Positions 19,397-29,122 are shown, numbered from the stretch's first letter. The stretch: 47,222 bases of DNA from Candidatus Altiarchaeota archaeon (GCA_016931955.1 JAFGDV010000007.1:1-47222), one strand, 5' to 3'. The notes: generated by a model from the letters alone, not told the origin. Program-made: numbers and translations.

Positions 19397-20403
19397 TTCG
19401 CGAAACCTATGAACTCTTTGAGTTTCTTGTACGCTTTGCCGCTGTCTAAGACATCCCTGGCAACCTCGATCCCTTCCCCTAAATAGTCTGCTTTTCCGCC
19501 CACGACAACGCCCGCAGCGGAATTCAATAAGACTATATCCCTTCTAGGTCCTTGATCCTCACCTCTAAGAACGCCCTCTAAGATGGCTGCATTCTCCGCG
19601 ATCGTGCCGCCTGCCAGCTCCTCAGGCCTCGCCTTCTTCAGCCCAAAGTCCTCCGGCCTCACATAGTACGTTCTAATGCCGCCTCCCCCTAACTCCGAGA
19701 TCTTGGTCTTCCCCAGCGTGGATAACTCATCCAGTCCAGGGCTGCCGTAGACTACCATGGCATTCTCCATTCCAAGCAGCCTGAAGACCTCAGCCAGTGT
19801 TTCCGTCAACTTATGATCGAAGACCCCCATCAGCTGAGCCTGGGCGTGCGCTGGGTTCGTCAACGGCCCGAGGATGTTGAAGACCGTCCTGAATCCCAGG
19901 CTCCGTCTTACGGGCATGACGTGTTTCATCGCTGAATGATGCAGTGGGGCGAACATGAATCCTATGCCGATCTCCTCTATTGATTCCCTTATCCTCTCAA
20001 AGCCTAGGTTCAGGTTCACCCCCAATTCCTCTAAGACGTCCGCTGAGCCGCACTTCGAAGTCATGGCTCTGTTGCCGTGTTTCGCTACCGGGATGCCTGC
20101 AGCAGCAACTATGAACATCGCCGTCGTTGAAATATTGAAGGTCTTGAGTTTATCGCCTCCGGTTCCGCACACGTCAACCAGTGTTTTATCTAACTTCGGC
20201 TCTATCTTGGTTGCGAATTCCCTCATCGCCTTGGTGAAGGAGGCTATCTCTTCCGGTGTTTCGCCCTTCATCCTCAAGGCTGTGAGGAAGGCTGCAATCT
20301 CTATCTCATTAGAGCTCCCAGACATTATCGTCTTCATCGCTTTTTCCGCTTCTTCCCTGCTTAAATCCACTCCACCAACGACCTTCGAAATCAGTTCCTT
20401 CAT
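19393..20403 (-). CDS. trpD: Anthranilate phosphoribosyltransferase
   Basis: DVCGTGGD, NIST, KHGNR, GSADVLE, FNILGPLTNP. Confidence 0.96.
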   Translation of the reverse strand: MKELISKVVGGVDLSREEAEKAMKTIMSGSSNEIEIAAFLTALRMKGETPEEIASFTKAMREFATKIEPKLDKTLVDVCGTGGDKLKTFNISTTAMFIVAAAGIPVAKHGNRAMTSKCGSADVLEELGVNLNLGFERIRESIEEIGIGFMFAPLHHSAMKHVMPVRRSLGFRTVFNILGPLTNPAHAQAQLMGVFDHKLTETLAEVFRLLGMENAMVVYGSPGLDELSTLGKTKISELGGGGIRTYYVRPEDFGLKKARPEELAGGTIAENAAILEGVLRGEDQGPRRDIVLLNSAAGVVVGGKADYLGEGIEVARDVLDSGKAYKKLKEFIGFAK

Positions 20404-20984
20404 TTCCCCACCTCGAGAAAATTCTCTATTATCCTTAAACCATCCTTCGTCAGTATCGATTCTGGATGGAACTGTAGACCTTGGATTGGGAACTCCTTAT
20501 GCCTTAGACCCATTATTTCGTTGTCATCCAGGCTCTTCGCTGTCACCTCAAGGCATTCCGGCAGAGAACCATCATCCACCACCAGTGAATGATACCTCAC
20601 AGCCTCCAAGGGGTTCTGGATGTTCTTCAGAACCCCCTTGCCGTTGTGTTCTATCTTGGATGTTTTCCCGTGCTTTAGCGTCTTCGCTCGCCTGATTTCT
20701 GCGCCGAATACGTGGCCTATGCATTGGTGTCCGAGGCAGATCCCTAAGGTAGTGATCTCTGGACCGAATCTCTCTATGACCTTATTTGAGATTCCCGCAT
20801 CTTTCGGGGTCTTAGGCCCGGGGGATATTATTATGTGAGTGATCGAGTTTTTCTCCGCTATGTCTTCTACCTCATCAAGGCTCGCTGTGTTCTGCAACAC
20901 TATGGGATTACCTCCGAGTACTCCGACGTACTGCACCAGATTGTAGACGAAGGAGTCTATGTTGTCTATTACCAGAGTGTTCAT
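20400..20984 (-). CDS. trpG: Anthranilate synthase glutaminase subunit
   Basis: IDNIDSF, ISPGP, GICLGHQ, RYHSL, QFHPES. Confidence 0.95.
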   Translation of the reverse strand: MNTLVIDNIDSFVYNLVQYVGVLGGNPIVLQNTASLDEVEDIAEKNSITHIIISPGPKTPKDAGISNKVIERFGPEITTLGICLGHQCIGHVFGAEIRRAKTLKHGKTSKIEHNGKGVLKNIQNPLEAVRYHSLVVDDGSLPECLEVTAKSLDDNEIMGLRHKEFPIQGLQFHPESILTKDGLRIIENFLEVGK

Positions 20985-22378
20985 TCCTTCACCCCCAGTG
21001 CCTTTAACATTCCCCTGCCTTTGTTCATCGTCTCATGATACTCATTATCTGGCTTAGAGTCCGCAACGATGCCGGCACCGACCTGGATGTAGGCCTTGTC
21101 TTTTTCAAATTCTATCGTTCTGATAGCTATCGCATGGTCCATGTTCCGGTTGAATGAAAAGTAACCCACAGAACCTGAATAGATTCCCCTCCTCGTTGTT
21201 TCCAGTTCTTCTATGATCTCCATAGCCCTCACCTTCGGCGCCCCGGAAACTGTTCCAGCTGGAAATATTGACTGCAATGCATCGAATTCATCTAATCCCT
21301 TTCTGAGTTCCCCTGAGACCTCGGAAACCATGTGCTGTACGTGGGAGTATTTCTCGACCTCCATGAGCTTCCTCACCTTCACGGTGCCGTATTCAGCTAC
21401 CCTTCCTACGTCGTTCCTCCCTAGGTCCACTAACATCAGATGCTCTGCCCTCTCTTTCTCGTCTTCGAGCATCTCCTCCTCCAATCTCCTATCCTCTTCC
21501 AGTGTCTTCCCCCTCTTCCTTGTTCCGGCAATCGGGTAGGTCTCAACGTTCCTGTTCTCCACCCTGACAAGCATCTCAGGGGATGATCCTACTATCTTCC
21601 TATCCCCTAGATCGAGGTAGTACATGTACGGCGATGGATTGATGTCTTTCAGATTCCTGTAGACCGTGAATTTATCTCCCAGATACTCTGTCTCCAGCCT
21701 CTGTGATAGGACCACTTGGAGTATGTCTCCTGCGTAGATGTATTCCTTCGCGGTTTCCACGTTTTCCTTGAACTCTTTCTCTGTTGTATTTGATGTGTAA
21801 TCCCCTGGAATCTGCGTTCTCTCCTCCCTTAAGCCATTGAACTCAGATATTTCGTCTGCTGTTTCTCTCAGTTCTTTCTCTATTACTTCCCTGTTGGATT
21901 CTTCTGATAATTGGTGCTCTAGTAGGTAGGTCTTTTTTTCCTTGTGGTCGAAGATCACGTTGTTCTTCGCCAGAATGAATTCGCAGTCGGGTTGCTTTAG
22001 TTCATTCTTTGTTTTTTCTTCTAGGTTGATGAAGTGCCGTATGAGATCGTAGGAGTAGTATCCTACGAATCCCCCGAAGAACCTTGAGACCGGTTTTTCT
22101 GTCAGCTTGAACTCATTCATCAGGTTCCTCATCACCTCTAATGGGTTGCTGCCTTTTAGTTGTAGAGATTTCAGTCCCGGGTCTAGGATTCTGAGTTCTC
22201 TACTGCCTTTCTCCATGGTCAGCTTCAGCACTGGATTGAATCCTATGAATGAATACCTGGCTACTTTTTCCCCGCCTTCCCTTGACTCCAGCAGGTAGGT
22301 GTTTTCTCCTCTTACTGCTTCGTAGACCTTCTCTGGGTCTCTTTCCTCGATCTCTATGTATATTGGAGTAACCTGCAT
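20981..22378 (-). CDS. trpE: Anthranilate synthase component I
   Basis: Start moved to MQVTP (22378). LLES, NPSPYMY, PIAGTR, EHLMLVDLGRND, GAPKVRAM. Confidence 0.95.
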   Translation of the reverse strand: MQVTPIYIEIEERDPEKVYEAVRGENTYLLESREGGEKVARYSFIGFNPVLKLTMEKGSRELRILDPGLKSLQLKGSNPLEVMRNLMNEFKLTEKPVSRFFGGFVGYYSYDLIRHFINLEEKTKNELKQPDCEFILAKNNVIFDHKEKKTYLLEHQLSEESNREVIEKELRETADEISEFNGLREERTQIPGDYTSNTTEKEFKENVETAKEYIYAGDILQVVLSQRLETEYLGDKFTVYRNLKDINPSPYMYYLDLGDRKIVGSSPEMLVRVENRNVETYPIAGTRKRGKTLEEDRRLEEEMLEDEKERAEHLMLVDLGRNDVGRVAEYGTVKVRKLMEVEKYSHVQHMVSEVSGELRKGLDEFDALQSIFPAGTVSGAPKVRAMEIIEELETTRRGIYSGSVGYFSFNRNMDHAIAIRTIEFEKDKAYIQVGAGIVADSKPDNEYHETMNKGRGMLKALGVKE

Positions 22379-22396
22379 GTCATATATAGCGTATTT

Positions 22397-22422
22397 TGTA
22401 TATAAATATACAAAAATGTACA
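22397..22422 (-). promoter_or_regulatory. trpE promoter: three TRP boxes (TGTATA, TATACA, TGTACA) overlapping a TTTATATA box
   Basis: Hexamers start at 22397, 22407 and 22417 (10-bp period). TATA at 22399-22406, ~21-28 nt from the ATG, suggesting a leaderless mRNA. Confidence 0.75.
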
Positions 22423-22462
22423 AATATGGGCAAAATAGGGTGCTAGATGCTGATTAATATAA

Positions 22463-22593
22463 ATAAAAGAAAAAGTAGTGCCTAACTTTGAACTGGTGAA
22501 TCGGTTCAGAAAATACTGAATTCGCGTAAGCGAATTCCTTTCTTTTGGTGCACCTTTTCTTTATAAAAGAAAAGGTGCATGTAGTGCCTAACT
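22463..22593. repeat. Double-hairpin element copy 2 (22518-22579) inside a duplication of the trpY 3' end
   Basis: GAATTCGC-gtaa-GCGAATTC plus a 14-bp stem TGCACCTTTTCTTT/AAAGAAAAGGTGCA. GTAGTGCCTAACT occurs at 22475 and 22581. Confidence 0.75.
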
Positions 22594-23088
22594 GAGTACG
22601 GTTATCTTCTTTACTCCGGGTATCTTTAGCATTTCGTCGATGAGTTTTTTGGGTAATGGTTTTTCAGTAATTACTGTGGTTTCTGCGTTCTCGAACATGG
22701 GGTCTTCTGCGATGATCTGTCTGATGCTTATCCCTGAGTCGACTATGATCCTTGTTATGCCTGCTATGATGCCCTTCGATGCCGCATCAGTTGGAATGAT
22801 CTCTATGGCTCCGTAGCCGAGGTCCGGAGCAACGTCTCGTAAAAGCAGCGCAGAATCCAGTCTAGTGTATATCTTCCTCAGCCTCGGCTTCTCTAGGATG
22901 GATTCGATGGTGGATTTAACAACCCGGCGATCTACTTCCAATACCTTGGCGACTGATGTGTGGGGTATTTCGATCTCCTTCGAAAACAGTCTTCCATCTG
23001 GAGAAACCCTCACCGCGTTCTTCAGTAGGAACTCTGCAATCCTCTTCTGCTCCCTCTTCCTTGAGAAGGTCTTCTCTATGTCTAGCAT
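22588..23088 (-). CDS. trpY: TrpY-family regulator (HTH + ACT, COG2150-like)
   Basis: IEIP..SVAKVLEVDRRVV..TI, GISIRQI..EDP and C-terminal ACT domain. Lies directly upstream of trpE. Confidence 0.82.
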   Translation of the reverse strand: MLDIEKTFSRKREQKRIAEFLLKNAVRVSPDGRLFSKEIEIPHTSVAKVLEVDRRVVKSTIESILEKPRLRKIYTRLDSALLLRDVAPDLGYGAIEIIPTDAASKGIIAGITRIIVDSGISIRQIIAEDPMFENAETTVITEKPLPKKLIDEMLKIPGVKKITVLS

Positions 23089-23166
23089 CCTCTTTTATTT
23101 CTCTCTTCTTTCAATAATTTATCAATCTATAATATATTCTGAATCATTGTAAAAAGAGGTAACAAA

Positions 23167-24378
23167 ATGCTAACGGATATGAAGACGATGGATGACTTCG
23201 ATTTCTCAGGTAAGACCGTCCTCGTGAGGATAGACATCAACACACCTATCGACTTGAAGAGGGGTGAGCTCTTAGATGATAGGAGATTCCGCTCCCATAG
23301 GAACACACTGACTGAATTGGTGGAGAAGGGTGCGAAGATCGTTATCCTGGCGCACCAAGGCAGGCCGGGTGACTCTGACTTCACGACGATGGAGAAGCAT
23401 GCTGAGCGTCTTGGAGAGATAATAAATCATCCAGTGGAATACGTGGACTCTATATTCAGCTCCTACGCCCTCAAGAAGATAGAGGATATGGAGAATTCAA
23501 GTATACTGTTGCTGGAGAATGTGAGATTCTATTCGGAGGAGGTTTTAGAGAGACCCTCTGACGCCCAGGCTAAGACTTTTCTCGTGCAGAAGCTCTCTAA
23601 GGTTGTGGACTACTACATAGACGACGCATTCGCCACAGCTCATAGATCGCAGCCTTCGATTGTGGGTTTCCCCCTCGTCATACCATCTCTGGCGGGCAGG
23701 CTGATGGAGAAAGAGCTTGGCAGCATCGACAGAATAACGAAGAATCCGAAGAAACCCCTGGCATTCGTTTTGGGGGGCACGAAAGCAGACGATTCATTGC
23801 GTGCTTCAAGGCTTGCCTTAGAGAATGGCATGGATTATATATTGACTGGCGGGGTTGTTGGGAACATCTTCTTGGCGGCGAAGGGCTATAGAATAGGCGA
23901 CCCCAACATAGAATTCATCCGCGGAAAGAAGATGGTCGAACAGATCGACGTCGCAAAGGAGCTGCTCGACAAATACGTAGACAAGATAGTATTGCCTGTG
24001 GACGTCGCCTTGGACAATCACGGCGAAAGGACTGAGATCCCGGTATCCGAGCTGCCGCAGAATCTGCGGATAAGCGACATCGGACACCAGACCGTCGAAA
24101 ACTTCAAGAGAATAATTGCGAAATGCGGCACACTATATGCGAAAGGGGCTCTGGGGATATTTGAGGAAAAGAACTTCGCCTACGGTACTGAGGAGGTCGT
24201 TAAAGCGATTGCAGCATCTAAGGCGTTCTCCGTCATAGGCGGCGGTCACTTGGTTGCGTCCGCGAGAAAACTGGACATAGAAGACAAGATCACCCACATA
24301 AGCTCTGGGGGGGGCGCAAGCATAAGCCTGCTTGCTGGATACAAACTGCCCGCTGTCGAAGCTTTGAGGCAAAGATAG
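23167..24378 (+). CDS. pgk: Phosphoglycerate kinase
   Basis: VRIDIN, AHQGRPG, LLENVRF, DAFATAHRS, GGGH, SSGGGA. Confidence 0.96.
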   Translation: MLTDMKTMDDFDFSGKTVLVRIDINTPIDLKRGELLDDRRFRSHRNTLTELVEKGAKIVILAHQGRPGDSDFTTMEKHAERLGEIINHPVEYVDSIFSSYALKKIEDMENSSILLLENVRFYSEEVLERPSDAQAKTFLVQKLSKVVDYYIDDAFATAHRSQPSIVGFPLVIPSLAGRLMEKELGSIDRITKNPKKPLAFVLGGTKADDSLRASRLALENGMDYILTGGVVGNIFLAAKGYRIGDPNIEFIRGKKMVEQIDVAKELLDKYVDKIVLPVDVALDNHGERTEIPVSELPQNLRISDIGHQTVENFKRIIAKCGTLYAKGALGIFEEKNFAYGTEEVVKAIAASKAFSVIGGGHLVASARKLDIEDKITHISSGGGASISLLAGYKLPAVEALRQR

Positions 24379-24427
24379 TTATGTTTTATAAATCCACGCC
24401 AAAGTTATAATCAAGAGAGAGGTTCAA

Positions 24428-25609
24428 ATGTACAAGATAGGTGAAGCATTGGTTGGGAAGGGTAATGAAGTAGCTCATATCGATTTGATCATAGGCGATA
24501 AGGAAGGCCATGTCGGTGGGGCTTTCGCCAATGGCTTGACGAAGCTGTCTGCCGGCCACACCCCAGTCCTCTCAGTGATCAGGCCTAATCTTCCGTCGAA
24601 GCCCTACACCTTGGTCATACCTAAGGTTACCATAGAGGACATGGAGGACGCTGGGAAGATCTTCGGCCCAGCGCAGGCGGCGGTCGCGAAGGCGGTCGCC
24701 GATGCTGTGGAGGAAAAGATCATACCAGAGGATAAGGTGGATGAGTGGGTCATAATATGCTCGGTCTTCATCCACCCTGAGGCGAAGGATTTTAGGAGGA
24801 TCTATCAATATAATTATGGGGCAACTAAGCTCGCATTGAAGAGGGCTTTACAGGATTATCCCCCACTGGATAAGATCATGTTCGACAAAGACAGGGCGGT
24901 GCATCCTATCATGGGCTTCAAGGTTCCAAGACTACCGAAGTGGAATAGACCGTATCTGCAGATTGCGTTAGACGTTCCCGACTTGGAGAAGACGAAGAAG
25001 ATCATCAAGGAAATCCCGAAGAGCGACAAGATTATCTTAGAAGCGGGCACGCCTTTGATTAAGAGGTACGGCGCTGAGGTAATCTCAGAGCTTAGGGAGG
25101 TGGCGAAGAGCGACTTCATAATCGCTGACCTTAAGACGCTGGATGTTGGGCAGGTCGAAGTCGACCTCGCCTTTGACGAAGGTGCTGACGCCGTCGTCGC
25201 CTCGGGTCTCGCTACCATGGACGTCATCGATAAATTCGTCTACGAGGCCAAACGCTTGGGGGTCTACGCCATCTTAGATATGATGAACGTCGAAGACCCT
25301 GTGAAGAAGCTGAAGTCCTTGAAAGAGCTGCCAGACGTTGCCATACTGCACAGGTCTATTGACTCCGAAACCAAGGAAAAACACAGATTCGAATTGATAA
25401 AGGACATCAAGAAGGAATTCCCCGACCTCTATGTTGCAGTCGCCGGCGGAATCGATCCTGAAACGGTTCCTTTAGCGTTGAAGGAGGGTGTCGACATCAT
25501 CATCGTCGGCAGGTTTATCACACAGTCTAAAGACATAGAGAGGTCCACTCGCCTGTTCATAAACCAGATGGGCGGCGACATAGACCTGACGAGGGTGCAC
25601 GTAGAATAG
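24428..25609 (+). CDS. fae-hps: Bifunctional formaldehyde-activating enzyme / 3-hexulose-6-phosphate synthase
   Basis: N-terminal IGEALVG.GNEVAHIDL and GPAQAAVA. C-terminal LQIALD, EAGTPLIK, ADLKTLD, VAGGI. Confidence 0.93.
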   Translation: MYKIGEALVGKGNEVAHIDLIIGDKEGHVGGAFANGLTKLSAGHTPVLSVIRPNLPSKPYTLVIPKVTIEDMEDAGKIFGPAQAAVAKAVADAVEEKIIPEDKVDEWVIICSVFIHPEAKDFRRIYQYNYGATKLALKRALQDYPPLDKIMFDKDRAVHPIMGFKVPRLPKWNRPYLQIALDVPDLEKTKKIIKEIPKSDKIILEAGTPLIKRYGAEVISELREVAKSDFIIADLKTLDVGQVEVDLAFDEGADAVVASGLATMDVIDKFVYEAKRLGVYAILDMMNVEDPVKKLKSLKELPDVAILHRSIDSETKEKHRFELIKDIKKEFPDLYVAVAGGIDPETVPLALKEGVDIIIVGRFITQSKDIERSTRLFINQMGGDIDLTRVHVE

Positions 25610-25735
25610 CAAGGTAGTCCTGTCGAGCCCCCAAAAGGGCGAAGACAGGACACTGATGCGAGCTGGCAGTGTCAGCTCGGCGACATAGACCTGACGAGGG
25701 TGCACGTAGAATAGCAAGGTAGTCCTGTCGAGCCC
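25573..25735. repeat. Exact 58-bp direct duplication of the fae-hps 3' end flanking a 47-bp hairpin-rich spacer
   Basis: 25573-25630 is identical to 25678-25735. Confidence 0.9.
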
Positions 25736-25767
25736 TGGTGTATTTCTTGCGGAACTGACGGCGGCAG

Positions 25768-26298
25768 TTAGTCGAGGTCGACTATACCTCCTGAGTCGAA
25801 TATTGCGTTAAGTGTTGCGACTGATGCTGCTATGATGTATTCTTCCTGTGTTGTTTCTTCGACTATGTGGACGGTGTATAGTGCGTCCGTGATTCCCGCG
25901 TTTTCCAGTATCTCCTCTACTTTTTCGCTGATTTCTTCGGCGGCTTTCTCGTCTATTTCGAAGTCTGATAGCAGCGACAGCTGCTTTATTCCTTCGCCTT
26001 TCACTGACGGAATCAGCGATACCCTTAGTGTTTTATTGTTGTCTATGCCGCATCCTGGATCTGATACAGTTATGCCTGCTTTCTTCCATTCGAGGACTTT
26101 GAGGTTGCTTATGCCGTTTTTGGAGAGGCTTCTCTTAACATCATCCAGTTTTTCGCTTTTGACCTGCAGTGCCACTTCTCTCCCTATGAGGGACATGTGG
26201 AGTATTCCTTCCATGGGTAGGTTGTTGAACAGGTCTTCCACGGATCTTCCATTGTATGATCCGGATAATGCGACTGAATACTTCATCTTTGGTTGCAA
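25768..26298 (-). CDS. Conserved archaeal hypothetical protein
   Basis: Natural-looking composition filling the gap between genes. The start may be MKYSV (26286). Confidence 0.7.
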   Translation of the reverse strand: MQPKMKYSVALSGSYNGRSVEDLFNNLPMEGILHMSLIGREVALQVKSEKLDDVKRSLSKNGISNLKVLEWKKAGITVSDPGCGIDNNKTLRVSLIPSVKGEGIKQLSLLSDFEIDEKAAEEISEKVEEILENAGITDALYTVHIVEETTQEEYIIAASVATLNAIFDSGGIVDLD

Positions 26299-26333
26299 TA
26301 GTAATATAGGCTGTTGACTGATAAATATGGAAG

Positions 26334-26918
26334 ATGATCTACTACCGTAATCTCAGGATGAAGACGCACCCTGAAGTGTATGAGCCGGCAGAGGATTCCT
26401 TTCTCTTGGCTGAGAACCTGTGTGTTGGGGATGGTTGGAGGGTCTTGGATATGGGGACTGGTACGGGATTGCTTGCGTTGGTAGCTGCTGAGAATGCTGA
26501 ATACGTTTTAGGAGTCGACGTTAATCCTGTTGCTGTGGGGCTTGCATTAGAGAACGCCGTCCTTAATGGTGTGACCAATGTTGGATTCAAGGTAAGCGAC
26601 CTCTTCAGTGGTATTCGAGAAAGATTTGATTTGATCGTCTTTAATCCGCCTTATCTTCCAGTCGATGAAGATGATACTCTCGGGATGGCGTGGTCTGGGG
26701 GCTTGGATGGCTTATCCGTTGTCAAGCGTTTTATCGGGTCCGCTCCAAAGTACCTTAGCAGGGATGGGGTCATGATGCTCTTGGTTTCCTCTTTCAACGA
26801 CGTCGATCACGTAAGGGACTTGCTTGAAGAAAATGGTCTTGGGTCTGAGGTTGTTTCCAGGAGGAGGTTCTTTTTCGAGGAACTCTTTGTTCTCAGGTGC
26901 AGCATCTCAGCTATTTAA
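26334..26918 (+). CDS. HemK2/PrmC-like release-factor glutamine methyltransferase
   Basis: VYEPAEDSFLL, LDMGTGTG, FNPPY. Confidence 0.88.
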   Translation: MIYYRNLRMKTHPEVYEPAEDSFLLAENLCVGDGWRVLDMGTGTGLLALVAAENAEYVLGVDVNPVAVGLALENAVLNGVTNVGFKVSDLFSGIRERFDLIVFNPPYLPVDEDDTLGMAWSGGLDGLSVVKRFIGSAPKYLSRDGVMMLLVSSFNDVDHVRDLLEENGLGSEVVSRRRFFFEELFVLRCSISAI

Positions 26919-26951
26919 TCAAACGGTGCTAATTAATAACAGGTGATGTGA

Positions 26952-28634
26952 ATGAAATCTTTATCGGTTTTTTTGGTTTTGTTTTTGCTTGCGGGCTTTT
27001 CTGCTGCAGAATACCTTGAGCGGGAGTGTCTCTACCAGAGGGATGGCTCCTATATCATGTCTGTCTACGCTGGGGACTTGAAAGGCGACGGCGTTGTTGA
27101 AATATTCGCCGGATCGGATAATGGAGTCGTCATGGATTTCTCCTACAAGGACTGCGGCAGGGCAAGCAGGCAGTGGAGTCCTACATGGCAGTACAACCAG
27201 AAGGTATCAAATAAGGGCAGCATCCTCGACATGGGGATAAGTGATTTCGAAAAAGATGGTAAGAATGATCTCTTTGTCGCGGCTAAGAGCCGTGATGAGT
27301 ATCTGTTTTTGCTTAGCAATATCGGGAACTTCAGATGGGCTGATGAGAAGGCTGGCGGCCTTGTCCTCTCCATGGATGTCGCGAATCTAGACGACGATGC
27401 ATTGGATGAGATCATAATAGGGAACGAAGGGAACGTTGTTGCAGTGATCGATGGCGAAACCGTTGTGAAATGGAAGACCACCTTAGACAATCCAGTCTAC
27501 TTTGTGAAGGCCTTGGACTTGGATGATGACGGCTCCTTGGAGGTTGTCGCATTAACGAACAGGTACATGGAATCTGCTTCAGTCTACGTCTTGAACGCCA
27601 ACGGCGGATTGTTGTGGAATTATTCGATAGATTGGGGTGTTTATCAGGCATCAGATAGTTCCATCTCTGTGGGTGACCTGGATGGTGACAACATGCTTGA
27701 GATCGCGGTTGCCACATACAAGAAGGGAGTCATCGCCTTAGACCATGATGGGAGCCTGTTGTGGGATTATCCAACCGAGAGGCTGGTGAACTCCGTCCAT
27801 ATTTCAGGCTCTGAGGTGATATTCAGCTCCAATCCGTACCTCTACTTTGTAGATGCCTCCATGAGGCTGAAATCGAAGATCGACATAAACGGCTCAGCGC
27901 TGATAATACAGAGAATAGATCTTGAAGGTGACGGCTCTGAAGAGGTGTTGTTGGGAATGAACAGAATGATACAGGTCATTGGAGGGGATGGTGTGAGGAA
28001 GGGTTCTTGGGATATCGGGAAAAGTGTCGGGGCTTTATCCATGTATCCCTCGGACCTGGACGGCGACGGTAGGATGGAGATCATCGCAGGCTATGGCTGG
28101 GATGAGGCACGGCTGGATAAGGGATACAAGGCAGGGGAACTCATCATCCTGAAGGTGACCGGCGGCGTAGGAGCTACTACTACTACAACTGTGCCTTCTG
28201 TAGAGACTACAACTACTACTAGGACGGCTGCTGTCACGACATCAACCTATAAGCCTGCTGAGACCACGACCCTTCCCGTGACAACGAGCATTCCATCAGC
28301 GGGTGGGGGCATTAATCTCGGATTGATATTCTTGTTCGTGGTCATCATGGTTGTTGTCTTTGCAGTATTGGCTGTCATTGTTTTTTTCTTCTTTATGAAA
28401 GGAAAGAAAGGGGAAAAGACTAAGGAGGAGAAGATCATTGACAACCTGATTGAGGAGAAGTCAGTTGTAGCTGAGGGAAAGAAGGAGCCATCGGGGTCTG
28501 AGGTAGCGAAAGAAGAAGCTGTGGAAGAAACATCAGAAGATACTGCGACTGATATCACGTCAAATAAAGAAACGAAGACAAACTCTGGGTCTGGTAAGAA
28601 GACAACGAAAGGTAACAGCAAGAAGACGCAATGA
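26952..28634 (+). CDS. Membrane-anchored FG-GAP/VCBS-like beta-propeller surface protein
   Basis: Signal peptide, about six DxxxDGxxE-type loops, Thr-rich stalk, TM helix and charged cytoplasmic tail. Confidence 0.8.
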   Translation: MKSLSVFLVLFLLAGFSAAEYLERECLYQRDGSYIMSVYAGDLKGDGVVEIFAGSDNGVVMDFSYKDCGRASRQWSPTWQYNQKVSNKGSILDMGISDFEKDGKNDLFVAAKSRDEYLFLLSNIGNFRWADEKAGGLVLSMDVANLDDDALDEIIIGNEGNVVAVIDGETVVKWKTTLDNPVYFVKALDLDDDGSLEVVALTNRYMESASVYVLNANGGLLWNYSIDWGVYQASDSSISVGDLDGDNMLEIAVATYKKGVIALDHDGSLLWDYPTERLVNSVHISGSEVIFSSNPYLYFVDASMRLKSKIDINGSALIIQRIDLEGDGSEEVLLGMNRMIQVIGGDGVRKGSWDIGKSVGALSMYPSDLDGDGRMEIIAGYGWDEARLDKGYKAGELIILKVTGGVGATTTTTVPSVETTTTTRTAAVTTSTYKPAETTTLPVTTSIPSAGGGINLGLIFLFVVIMVVVFAVLAVIVFFFFMKGKKGEKTKEEKIIDNLIEEKSVVAEGKKEPSGSEVAKEEAVEETSEDTATDITSNKETKTNSGSGKKTTKGNSKKTQ

Positions 28635-29122
28635 ATGACCTGAAATCCTTGATAGAGGCTGCTTTGTTCGCCTCGGGGAGGGCGCTTGACGTCGAGGAAC
28701 TGGCTAAGACCTGCGGTTCGGGGAACGTTGGATTAATCCGCAGATCCGTTGAGGAGCTTTTGAGGGAGTACGAGAACAGGAACTCTGGTCTTGTCATCAG
28801 GATGACGGATGACGGTTATCTGATGCAGGTGAGACCGGAGCTTGAGGGAAGGATTATCCACCTTGTCCCGGAAACCGATATCCCGGCCCCTATTCTAAAG
28901 ACTCTGGCTTTGATCGCCTACGAGCAGCCTGTGAAGCAGTCCAAGATCGTCAAGGAACGTGGTAACAAGGTCTACTCCTACATAAAATTCCTGCGTCAGC
29001 AGGGGCTTGTCGAAGGCAAAAGAGATGGAAGGACGCGGATTCTATCGGTTACTCCAAAATTCAGGGACTACTTTCACGTGGATGATCTGAAGGGGCTCTT
29101 GGAGAAGGGAGAGAACAGTTGA
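28631..29122 (+). CDS. scpB: SMC-Scp complex subunit ScpB
   Basis: IEAALFASG, LKTLALIAYEQPV.QS.I...RG, T.KF.DYF. Confidence 0.88.
   Translation: MNDLKSLIEAALFASGRALDVEELAKTCGSGNVGLIRRSVEELLREYENRNSGLVIRMTDDGYLMQVRPELEGRIIHLVPETDIPAPILKTLALIAYEQPVKQSKIVKERGNKVYSYIKFLRQQGLVEGKRDGRTRILSVTPKFRDYFHVDDLKGLLEKGENS

Noticed and set aside
19955-20695. 246-aa + strand ORF and the many other antisense ORFs in the track
   Set aside because: They are shadows of well-supported genes on the opposite strand, Ser/Phe/Pro-rich and without motifs.
25617-25651. Archaeal SECIS element
   Set aside because: The GAA is on the 3' side and GA on the 5' side, the reverse of the archaeal SECIS GAA/A arrangement, and neither neighbouring gene has an in-frame TGA.
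25573-25735. CRISPR mini-array or attL/attR of an integrated element
   Set aside because: Only two 58-bp copies that include coding sequence, a 47-bp interior, and no cas or integrase gene.
28174-28290. ACT/ACA microsatellite-like run
   Set aside because: It simply encodes the Thr-rich stalk of the surface protein. The same applies at ~885-955.
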